This document shows, in pieces, positions 37,547 through 46,288 of a stretch of DNA of 64,000 nucleotides. The stretch's first letter is position 1. Each line of letters opens with the position of its first letter. A program made the position numbers and the translations under genes. The DNA lies in sequence record PV764601.1; one strand, written 5' to 3'. Under the pieces are notes generated by a model. That model worked only from the letters and a program-made list of their open reading frames with translations, made no database searches and had not been told where the DNA came from.

Positions 37547-39553
37547 TTACTTCGAGCCCGGCAGCTTAGTGGGCTTCAACTTGGTGTGTGGGTTTTCCTT
37601 GATGTACGTCCGCTGTGCGTTACCGCTCAACTTCTGGAACCAAGCTGGCGTCTTCACAGGCTGTGCAGACAGGGGACCCAGCTCAATGTGCTTGACCGTG
37701 CGTGTGGGCTTGCGTTCCTTGGGTTCAGGCTTCTCCACCTTCTTGACTTGACGCAGCGGCTTCGGTGCAGGCTTCTCCACCTTTTTCACTACACGCGGCT
37801 TCGGTGCTTCCTTTTCTTCCTTTGCTACACGCTTAACCGCCCGAGGTACCTTAGGCTTTTCCGCCACGTCGCCGTGATGCGGCAAGTCCTGCAACTTAGT
37901 AGTCGGTTCACCATTGTCCTTCTTGGCTTGGTCAATAACCTTCTGAATGCGTGCGGGCGGACGAATGTTGTAGCTGTCATAATACTTCTCAACGATTGAC
38001 GGAGAGACGTAGGATTGCAGGGCAGTGGCGAAGGTGACCTCGCCCTTGTTGAAGTGACCCAGCTGCTCACCAACCTTGGCCAGAGCCGCAGTCAGGAAGG
38101 CCGTGATCTTCTTGTCGTCGTCAGTCTTCGGCTTCTTCTTCAGTTCTTCCTTCATGATCGCGTTGCCGCGAACGTGGCGCATCTTGTGCACCGTGGTGGG
38201 GGAACCGAGGGAGGTGAAGTAATCGTTGACCTGACGGCTACCGACGCGGCGATTCTTGTTGCGGAAAAGCAGGTCGTCAGGCTTCGCGTTTTCCTTGAGG
38301 GCCTTGATGATTTCCACAGCCTTCTTGGAAATGGGATCGTCGCCCTTCATGACGTGCTTCTGCTGCTGGTCCGATTTGCCAGTGTAGCTGAAGGTGACCG
38401 TATCCCCGTTGACCTTGACATTCCTACCCTTCAAGGTCGTCATGCCATCATTCTTGTTGCTCAGATTACCGATACGTGCAGACGTGTGGTAGCAGGCTTC
38501 GAGAATGGCAGCAGCAATGCGAGTGCTCGGATCCTTACTGTTCAGGTCAGCGCCCCACTTCTTACGCAGGTCACCAATCTTGTCGGACAGTTCGTCAACC
38601 TTCTGACTCTTCTTCTGGATGGCGTTAGCCTTGGCACCTGCGGTGAACAGGTACTGCGGCGTCTTCGCACCCGGAGGATAGTAGGTCAGGACATTGACGC
38701 TAGAACCCTTCTCGTACTTCGGATTCATCTTGACGGTGCCGGAGATACCACCGGCGATGGGTTCACCATGCTCAGTGTGGATACGTCCGTTTTCATCAAG
38801 CTTGCCCTTGAAGCCTTCAGGGATGGAGTGACGGAAGCCCTTAGACTCAAGGTGTTTCTTGGCCGTCTCCACGTCCATCAGGTGACTGCCGGAAGCACGT
38901 ACATGAGCCATGTGGGCCTTCTTGCTGGCCTTGGTGTACTCGCTGCGTGCCTTGGTGAATTCCTTAGCAGCAGCCGGCTTCTTGCCCATGATCTTCTTGA
39001 CTGCTTCCCGATACTCATCAGTATCAAGATCAGCCAGTTCTTCTAGGTCACGGAAGTCAGTACCATCTTTGCCCGTCAGTTTCTTGAACGCTGCCTTGAG
39101 GTCTTTGACGTACTTGCTGGAGGATTCCACAGCAGGAGCGATGATGCGGTTGAGGTCTTCGTCACGCAGTCGGCCAATGTCCTTCTCGACACGTGCCCAT
39201 GCAGAGTCCGATTCAGTGCGCAGGATCAGACTCACGTCTTTCAGAGTCTTGATGTCTGCGATCGGAATAGAAGTGTCCTTGGTCAGCTTGGGCAGACGCT
39301 CCTTCACTGCATTCTGTACTTCCTGCAAATGCGGATCAACGTCTTCCTCAAAGTCCTTACCTGCAAGGACGTTCTTCATGGCAGTATCGTATGCCTTGAT
39401 GACCGATTTAGGGAACTTGCGTTCCTCTAGGAACTTCCGACCGTCGGCGATACCACCACTCTTGAGCCACTTCTTGCCACCCGCATCCAGCGTTTCTTGG
39501 AAATGGGCAGCAGCCAGCAGCTGGGTCTTGATGAAATCGTGAATGTTGCTCAT
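37547..39553 (-). CDS. DNA topoisomerase IB with long N- and C-terminal extensions
   Basis: Catalytic pentad R (SARIG), K (YTGK), R (HKMRH), H (QLGH), Y (QSYVSP). Confidence 0.85.
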   Translation of the reverse strand: MSNIHDFIKTQLLAAAHFQETLDAGGKKWLKSGGIADGRKFLEERKFPKSVIKAYDTAMKNVLAGKDFEEDVDPHLQEVQNAVKERLPKLTKDTSIPIADIKTLKDVSLILRTESDSAWARVEKDIGRLRDEDLNRIIAPAVESSSKYVKDLKAAFKKLTGKDGTDFRDLEELADLDTDEYREAVKKIMGKKPAAAKEFTKARSEYTKASKKAHMAHVRASGSHLMDVETAKKHLESKGFRHSIPEGFKGKLDENGRIHTEHGEPIAGGISGTVKMNPKYEKGSSVNVLTYYPPGAKTPQYLFTAGAKANAIQKKSQKVDELSDKIGDLRKKWGADLNSKDPSTRIAAAILEACYHTSARIGNLSNKNDGMTTLKGRNVKVNGDTVTFSYTGKSDQQQKHVMKGDDPISKKAVEIIKALKENAKPDDLLFRNKNRRVGSRQVNDYFTSLGSPTTVHKMRHVRGNAIMKEELKKKPKTDDDKKITAFLTAALAKVGEQLGHFNKGEVTFATALQSYVSPSIVEKYYDSYNIRPPARIQKVIDQAKKDNGEPTTKLQDLPHHGDVAEKPKVPRAVKRVAKEEKEAPKPRVVKKVEKPAPKPLRQVKKVEKPEPKERKPTRTVKHIELGPLSAQPVKTPAWFQKLSGNAQRTYIKENPHTKLKPTKLPGSK

Positions 39554-40389
39554 GGGTAAATGCGTGTGCCTCTGTGTGCGATGACCTTTAGCACGTCCGG
39601 GCGAACTCGGGTAAATCGTTTCAGGTCAGTTTCAGGACGGAGCCAGTCAATCAAGCTAATGTCGTGGCTCTTGTAGACTTGGAGGTCTGCATCAATAGCG
39701 TCAGGAGCAGTGATTATTTCCGTCACTTCACTATGACTATCCGTGTACGATACCCGCCCATCAGCGATGATGTAGTAAATGGGGTACTTGCTAGGCAGGG
39801 GATCGCTAACAGCGAATGACCTGTCCCCAACAAAATCGACACTACGATGGATCGCAATGCCAGTCCGGGAGGTAATCTCCCTACAAATCTTGTCGAACAG
39901 TTCGCCGTGGGACTCTTCCGAAGAGTTGAACACGGTGCGTTGAATTTGGTGCGCAGTTTCGTGGGCGATAATCGACGCCAGCGCCGCGTAAGTGTAGATG
40001 CGCGACTTGGCTACCTGTATGCGAGGCCGACCGTGGACAATGTTGAAGTTGCCAAGGTTATGCGCAGGTAGATCATCCGTGATTTCGATCAACGGCGTCT
40101 GTGCAGCTTTGAAGTTGCTCAGGTGAGCGATGGTCGCCCACATGCCGTACAGAAGTTGCGTACCAAAAGCAGGACACCGAAGCTTGGCCGTGAGCAGATT
40201 GCGCCAATCAGCAGGGATCAATTGATCCTCGGGGATTGGATGCGGGCAGTTGATAGGATTGGCAACTACCTGCGGCTTATGATCCAGAGGAACAGTGCGC
40301 CCGTCATCTGACCACATGGTACGTTCACTTGTGCGAATACCCAACTGGAAGCCATATCCAGTTGGGTACGCGAGACGTTCACCGATCAT
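39550..40389 (-). CDS. SprT-like zinc metalloprotease
   Basis: IAHETAH followed by SHGELF. Confidence 0.75.
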   Translation of the reverse strand: MIGERLAYPTGYGFQLGIRTSERTMWSDDGRTVPLDHKPQVVANPINCPHPIPEDQLIPADWRNLLTAKLRCPAFGTQLLYGMWATIAHLSNFKAAQTPLIEITDDLPAHNLGNFNIVHGRPRIQVAKSRIYTYAALASIIAHETAHQIQRTVFNSSEESHGELFDKICREITSRTGIAIHRSVDFVGDRSFAVSDPLPSKYPIYYIIADGRVSYTDSHSEVTEIITAPDAIDADLQVYKSHDISLIDWLRPETDLKRFTRVRPDVLKVIAHRGTRIYP

Positions 40390-42332
40390 TACGTGGTGGG
40401 CTTAGTAGCAGTCAGGCCCTTGGCATGGTGTTCGTATCCATTAGGTGCATGGTGTACGATAGCGCCAACACTGTGATGCGCCTTGCCGCCGTCGTGCGTA
40501 GAACGCTTATACAGGGACACCGTGAACTTGTGCTCCGGGTGGTGGTACTCATGATGTTCCAGTTCCTTGTCATCATGATTTACCTTGCCCTTGTGCTCGT
40601 AGCCTAGGTCCGTCAACTTGTTATGGACAGAGTGCAGGCTGATGTGCGAAGCAGAGGAGCCCTTGATGTGACGATGGGTACCTACCTTGTGTTCTCCCGG
40701 ACTACTATCAATGGTGCCGGGGGCGTGCACACCAACATGATTCAGCAAGGCAGTACCGTAGTCCTTGGAAGCACTACGGTGAGCGTGGGCGTGATCACCC
40801 GGAAGACCAAGCTTGGAGTGAGCGTCGTTGGCGCGGCGGTGATACCCGTGGAACTTTTCCATCCTACGTGCGTCAGCGCGTGCGTCTGCTGCCTTTTGAG
40901 AACCAGTGGCTGCTTCAACAGTCAGGGAAGCAATTTCCGCCTCAAATGCGGCCATCGACTTGTGGTAGATTTTGCGAGCGCGTGCGAGGTGGTTGCGATT
41001 CCACCCGAGGTGGCGCTGAGCACGCTCTGCCAACTTGTTAGCCTCGTCGCCCCGACCAGCGGCGCGTGCTTCGTTCACCTTGGCAGCGTACTTGTTGTAC
41101 TCCGCAAGATGCTTACCTGCATGGCGCATGTGATGGTTGTGATCGTCCACGCTCTCATGATCCTTCCAGTTCTTGCCGAACTTCGGACCCTTGCTGAACA
41201 GGGCGACTTCTTCTTCCATACCCGCCGTAGCCTTTCGCTTACTCAGGCTGTGGGTGATGCTCATATTGGTATGATTATCGAAGTGATCCAGATAACTATC
41301 ACCCGTCTTGCCTACATGAGGGGTATGGATATGAACCTTTGCGCCCGTCTCAGGATGATGATATGTACCGCCAGAGGTATGCTGGAAGCCATGCTTCTGA
41401 ACAAGCTTGTGGAGTTCTTGCGTGGCAGCCATGTGCTCGGCGTGCTGTTCGGGGCGGGGCAGTTTAGTTGCGGTACTGCCAACTTGATGTTGAACACGCA
41501 TGCCCCTAACCCCGGAGAGAGCACCTAGGCGGTCAGAGCTATGACTAGCGTGGTGGCCTCGGGATTCCAACAGATGGCGCGCTTCGTCATGTAGGGCGCG
41601 ATGCGGGTGATAACCCCGATAGGTGCCATACGCCACGAGTTCGGCAGGAGATTCCGTGGTTGCAGTAGTCTTCTTAGGACGGGGCTTGTTCTCCATGCCG
41701 TAGGGCTCATGATCTTCATGATCCTCACGGGCAGTTTCATTCATAGACTTGAGGTTGGCGAGTGCCTGCGCAGATAGTGCCATGTTGGAGTTCTCAGAAG
41801 AATCAACACTTGCGTGCTGAACGTTGACGATGTGAGTTTCGTGCCTGCCTTCAGGATGACTGATGAGAACATGCGTCCGTCCGTTTACCAAGTGATGCTT
41901 GGCTCTCGGGGCATGGTTGGTAGCAGTCTTGAAACCAGCGGTCTTGAGTTCGTGCATAGCGTTCTCAAGGTCACCAGCGCGGAGCTGATAACGAGTGAAG
42001 CGACGCTTAGAAACGTCGCTGTGCGAATCACCACCGTGGATATCCGAAGCATGGTCATTAACGATGCGATGAGCATGCTGTAGGGTTGAAGTCTTCGCAG
42101 ATGCGGTGTGCATCTTGGAATTATGTGCCATTTTAGCGAGCTCGGAGGCAATGGAAGGTGGAATGGTGGGTGGCTTGTGCTTGCGCGCTTCGCCTATGTG
42201 ATGCAGGACTTTCAGATGCCACTTGTGCGCTTCGTTGTGCTGCCCTTGGGCCGTAGCTTCGTGCGCCTTCTTGGCAGCAAGATTCGTCATCCGAAGATGA
42301 TAGTCGAATGGGTGCTCTTTTTCCCTGTCCAT
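40389..42332 (-). CDS. His-rich modular protein, probable internal head protein
   Basis: Visibly His/Lys/Ala-rich modules separated by acidic ExA linkers. Confidence 0.7.
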   Translation of the reverse strand: MDREKEHPFDYHLRMTNLAAKKAHEATAQGQHNEAHKWHLKVLHHIGEARKHKPPTIPPSIASELAKMAHNSKMHTASAKTSTLQHAHRIVNDHASDIHGGDSHSDVSKRRFTRYQLRAGDLENAMHELKTAGFKTATNHAPRAKHHLVNGRTHVLISHPEGRHETHIVNVQHASVDSSENSNMALSAQALANLKSMNETAREDHEDHEPYGMENKPRPKKTTATTESPAELVAYGTYRGYHPHRALHDEARHLLESRGHHASHSSDRLGALSGVRGMRVQHQVGSTATKLPRPEQHAEHMAATQELHKLVQKHGFQHTSGGTYHHPETGAKVHIHTPHVGKTGDSYLDHFDNHTNMSITHSLSKRKATAGMEEEVALFSKGPKFGKNWKDHESVDDHNHHMRHAGKHLAEYNKYAAKVNEARAAGRGDEANKLAERAQRHLGWNRNHLARARKIYHKSMAAFEAEIASLTVEAATGSQKAADARADARRMEKFHGYHRRANDAHSKLGLPGDHAHAHRSASKDYGTALLNHVGVHAPGTIDSSPGEHKVGTHRHIKGSSASHISLHSVHNKLTDLGYEHKGKVNHDDKELEHHEYHHPEHKFTVSLYKRSTHDGGKAHHSVGAIVHHAPNGYEHHAKGLTATKPTT

Positions 42333-42342
42333 ATAAGTTCCG

Positions 42343-43581
42343 TTACAGGAGGTCGAACACCAAAGTGCTCTTGGCGTAGTCCAATGCCATCACAAGCCGA
42401 CGCCCGTTATCCAACTCCACCATAGCGCGCCACGTGGGAGCGGTGTAGTTGTACGCAGGCCACTGGAACGGCAACGGCTGGAAGTTCCAGCTGATTGCGT
42501 TCAGTGCATTCTCGATTTCCTGAATGCTCTTGGTCCGAGAGGTGGTGAGGTTGAACAGAACGTGGTTATCCAGCTTGGCGTTGTAGAACGCGTAGTGTAC
42601 GCTGTAGTAGCTACGTACAAAATTGAAGCCGGCCGCCGTCATCTGAGTGAGCAGCATGTCGATCTGTTCGTTCGCCAGTACCGAAGTTTCATCGTCCCAC
42701 AGGCGGCGATCCTGAGTGACCTGCATCGTGCCACCCGTCAGGTCCACCTGAGTCTTGGGCTGGATCGTGGTGTCCACGGACTTGACCAGCTCCGACGGAT
42801 TGATTTCGATCTTGAGTGCCTTGTAGTCAGGCGTACGACGGTCGGGCGGCAGCTGCTTGTCGAGGAAAGCACGCAGCTTGCGCACGTGGAATTTGCCGTT
42901 GGTAGACAGAACCTTCCAGTTACCGTAGGCCACCGTGCGATCAGGGATCACCAGTGTGGAGGAACCTCGGAAGTGCGTGTTGTTGCGCGGCTGATACCAC
43001 ACGGGCACTTCGTTGAACTCGTAGTCAAGCAAGGTACCAACAAACTGGCGACCGTCCATAATCTCGCCAAGGTTGTCACCCATCGTGTGCGTTGCTTCAC
43101 CGTTCCACAGTGCAGCGTTTTCAGTCTTCTCAGTCATGGAATGCTCCGCGTTTAGATCGTGGAAGTCATCCGTGTGCGGATCAGGTCCGGCGTCTACTAC
43201 TGCGGTAGTAAAGCCATGATGATAGCCAAGGCGATGCTTCACACCAAGCTGGTTCTTGTGATGGAATTGAATGACCCGGTGGGCGATGGCAGGGTCATTC
43301 ACTTTCTTGATGTGCGCGATGTATCGTTTGGTGAACTTGCCACCGCGCATGATGTGTCCGTTGAAGCCGGTAGAGCGTGCGTGATTTTTCAGGTGCTCGA
43401 CTTCGGAGTCTTGGTGCTTGTAGAAAGCAGTGCGCTTGCGTTCATGCGCTGCCTTCTTGCCGAATCCGAAGATTGCCAGTTCGTGATTGTCCAGCGCCGT
43501 GCTGTCCTGAGTAATGTTGGGGTCATCTACGTTGTTGCCCTTGTCCGCCTGCACTACCAGCACCTGCCGAAGCTTACTCAT
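42343..43581 (-). CDS. Hypothetical modular virion protein
   Basis: Probable ATG 43581 overlapping the upstream stop. Confidence 0.65.
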   Translation of the reverse strand: MSKLRQVLVVQADKGNNVDDPNITQDSTALDNHELAIFGFGKKAAHERKRTAFYKHQDSEVEHLKNHARSTGFNGHIMRGGKFTKRYIAHIKKVNDPAIAHRVIQFHHKNQLGVKHRLGYHHGFTTAVVDAGPDPHTDDFHDLNAEHSMTEKTENAALWNGEATHTMGDNLGEIMDGRQFVGTLLDYEFNEVPVWYQPRNNTHFRGSSTLVIPDRTVAYGNWKVLSTNGKFHVRKLRAFLDKQLPPDRRTPDYKALKIEINPSELVKSVDTTIQPKTQVDLTGGTMQVTQDRRLWDDETSVLANEQIDMLLTQMTAAGFNFVRSYYSVHYAFYNAKLDNHVLFNLTTSRTKSIQEIENALNAISWNFQPLPFQWPAYNYTAPTWRAMVELDNGRRLVMALDYAKSTLVFDLL

Positions 43582-44881
43582 GATCCGGAATACGAATCTG
43601 CGAGCGGCCACGCAGCATGCGGCGAATCTGATTGACCTGAGTTTCATCCAGACCCAGATCGTGCTGCAACACGTCGAGACGATGGCTGTCTGCCTGATAC
43701 TCCTTACCGATGCGAGCAGTCGGAGTACCAACCCACACCACCACCTTGTAACCGCCGGTGCTCAGCTTGGTTACCTTGTGCTTCATCTTCTCATGCAGGT
43801 TCTTGCTCAGGAACAGACCAGCAAGATCGGCGAGAATGTCCTTTACCACCTTGTCCACCAGCTTAGGACCAACATCCTTATCCGTGGTAAACGTGATCGT
43901 GTGATCGTCAGCGTTGACCTTGACCGTGCGGATGTTGTCGTTACGGAACTTGGTGCCCTCAATCTCTTCCTTACTGCGCGGCAGTTCAGTTGGGATACTC
44001 AGGTCGATGCTTTCGTCCACCAGCAGGTGCGATTGCAGCAGGCGGCGACCGTCATCAGCCTTGGTGAAGGAGAAGCCACGGCTTTCGTGCTCGATAGGAG
44101 TCACATTGGGAACCGGCTTGGCCGTCGAAGTGTCCACGTAGTAGTGGTAATGATTCCGATTGTCGATGATACAGGTGACAATCATGTAGAAGTGCGGGTA
44201 AACAAAGCCCTTGTCATTCTTGAGCTTCTCCAGCGAGACGATCAGCTGGAACTGCACCACATTCTGATCCGACGGCAGCAGAGTCACGGTGTAGCGACGG
44301 GTCAGCGACTTGTACTTGCCTGCCAGATTCTTGACGATGGGGTTGACCGTCTTGTTGAACGTGACACGGGCGTCCTCGGGGATCGCATTCTCTGCGATTT
44401 CGTGCAGGCGACCGTGTGCGTCCAGTTCGTGTTCCAGCAGTTCGCGCTCGCGCTTGTCGAACAGGCCAAGAGCGCGTTCCATCTGAGATTCAAACTTGGA
44501 ACCCTTGAACGAATTTAGGGCGTTGACCTTGAGAGAGTTGATCTTCTCGCCCTGATCCGCCAAGTCGTGGTGCAGGTTGGTCAGGGCCCGAATCTCGCGC
44601 GATTCACGCTGATTGAACTTGACCGGCTCACCCGGAACACCAGTATGCTTGAACTTGTTGGTGGACAGGCGCTGGCCCGGCGTCCAACCTTCTGGCTTGT
44701 TGTCCTCAACGGGGACTTCTTCCTTCGAGTCGGAGATGGGGAGACGACGTAGGGACGTGGCAGTTTCCATCGTAGGCAGCGGCATGCTTGCCAGAACCTT
44801 TTCCACTTCACCCACAGTGCGGAACTGATAATCAGTGAGAGCAGTCACCGTAGACTGACCGAGACGCTTTAGCTTGTTCAT
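43574..44881 (-). CDS. Hypothetical virion protein
   Basis: 435 aa; contains METATSLRRL. Confidence 0.7.
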   Translation of the reverse strand: MNKLKRLGQSTVTALTDYQFRTVGEVEKVLASMPLPTMETATSLRRLPISDSKEEVPVEDNKPEGWTPGQRLSTNKFKHTGVPGEPVKFNQRESREIRALTNLHHDLADQGEKINSLKVNALNSFKGSKFESQMERALGLFDKRERELLEHELDAHGRLHEIAENAIPEDARVTFNKTVNPIVKNLAGKYKSLTRRYTVTLLPSDQNVVQFQLIVSLEKLKNDKGFVYPHFYMIVTCIIDNRNHYHYYVDTSTAKPVPNVTPIEHESRGFSFTKADDGRRLLQSHLLVDESIDLSIPTELPRSKEEIEGTKFRNDNIRTVKVNADDHTITFTTDKDVGPKLVDKVVKDILADLAGLFLSKNLHEKMKHKVTKLSTGGYKVVVWVGTPTARIGKEYQADSHRLDVLQHDLGLDETQVNQIRRMLRGRSQIRIPDHE

Positions 44882-44889
44882 AAGTTGTT

Positions 44890-46122
44890 TTAGTCTAGTG
44901 GGGCCGTTTCATAACGGACAGGACGTAGGAGTTGGGTGATTTCGTACAGATCAACCAATCGACTCGATAGAGTCTCTTCGTAAATCCAGTTGAGGTTATC
45001 CCGACGGGCTTGAATGTCGTTGACTCGCCAGTGCCTACTCATTCCCGGCAAGTGGTCAATCACCACAGCGCGCTTGGAGATATTGTAGGTGCCACCGAGA
45101 ATCCACGTAACAGGCGTCTTGGCGTCCATTCGGTTCACGTCAGTGATCGTCTGGATTTCAGGACTGTCTGCTTTGAGCGGCTGATTCTGAGGCCGACCGC
45201 TGAGAAGAATCTCCAGATGGGTGAACACTAGCTTACCTACGTGTACCTCAATGAAGATCGGTTTACCAATGCACAATTCCTTGATACGTGCAGGGTCCAT
45301 CCGAATGCCCTCGTTATCCAACAGCTTCCATTCCTTGTAGGGGATGGGGATCGTGTTGTTGAACAGTCGGGGGAATAGGGCGTAGTCAGTGCCTCGCGGC
45401 AGCGTGACTTGGAAACGAACCCAACCTTCCGTCATGCTGTCAAACGTGTTAGGACTGGCGTTGCGATCAAGTACAATCGTGTCCGAGCGCTCATGTGGAT
45501 GCAGAGGCGTCAGGATGAGTCGAGTGCCATGCAGCAGTTCGTACCCACCCACGTAACCCGTACCGAAGCACACGGCGCAGGCGCGTCCCTGATTAGCCAT
45601 GAAGCGTTCAGGGGTCAGCACTGCGTCAAACTCCGTATCCATTTCGAGCGTATCCCAATCGTCCACCATCCGATCCATCTGTGCAGTGGATGTGTCGATG
45701 TGGTCAAATTGAGTGCGTTCGGCGCGCTCGTATGGATTCAGGATCGGACGCGAAGTATCGTTGAGCGCGATTCGCTCCACCGGAAGAACCGATTGCAGGT
45801 TCTCAGAGGGTAGCGTGTCTTGTCCGTAATCAAGTAGGCCAGAGCTAGGCTCAAGAAGCGCGTTCATATTGCTTTCCGAAAGCTTCCCCTCTTGATCTAG
45901 GAGTTGGTTCGGAGGTTGCTGTACGAACATGCAGCTACATTTGATGCCCGTCCTCAGAGTGTTGTAGAGGGTGATGGGGTACCCGGTAGCGCTGATGGCG
46001 TTGATTACGTTCTGTCGATTGTTGTGATGCAGGGCTTGTAGATTACGCTGCCCTACACTCACCAACCGATTATTCTTGGGAGGTAGATATGGCCTTTTCG
46101 GCCGTGAAACTCTAGTGGCCAT
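44890..46122 (-). CDS. Putative neck/head-closure protein with Cys motifs
   Basis: KCSC and CAVCFGTGYVGGY; first gene of the late operon. Confidence 0.55.
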   Translation of the reverse strand: MATRVSRPKRPYLPPKNNRLVSVGQRNLQALHHNNRQNVINAISATGYPITLYNTLRTGIKCSCMFVQQPPNQLLDQEGKLSESNMNALLEPSSGLLDYGQDTLPSENLQSVLPVERIALNDTSRPILNPYERAERTQFDHIDTSTAQMDRMVDDWDTLEMDTEFDAVLTPERFMANQGRACAVCFGTGYVGGYELLHGTRLILTPLHPHERSDTIVLDRNASPNTFDSMTEGWVRFQVTLPRGTDYALFPRLFNNTIPIPYKEWKLLDNEGIRMDPARIKELCIGKPIFIEVHVGKLVFTHLEILLSGRPQNQPLKADSPEIQTITDVNRMDAKTPVTWILGGTYNISKRAVVIDHLPGMSRHWRVNDIQARRDNLNWIYEETLSSRLVDLYEITQLLRPVRYETAPLD

Positions 46123-46158
46123 GAGCAACTCTTATGAGGAAATCGGTTCAGGGCAATA

Positions 46159-46167
46159 CTGTAAATA
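46159..46167 (+). promoter_or_regulatory. Putative phage promoter CTGTAAATA for the plus-strand operon
   Basis: Identical to 10881-10889 in reverse orientation. Confidence 0.5.
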
Positions 46168-46217
46168 ATAGGCGTAGGAAGCGTCCCGCTACGTTCAAGG
46201 GGAGCTTGCCTGTCATC

Positions 46218-46225
46218 TAAAATTA
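46218..46225 (-). promoter_or_regulatory. Putative late promoter TAATTTTA
   Basis: YAATTTTA also at 25639-25646, 34859-34866 and 55098-55105, each upstream of structural genes. Confidence 0.55.
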
Positions 46226-46288
46226 ACTGCTGGGGCTATCTAGACAATCCCAGCTATAGCACGTTTAACCGCCAATTTCGGAGGATTT

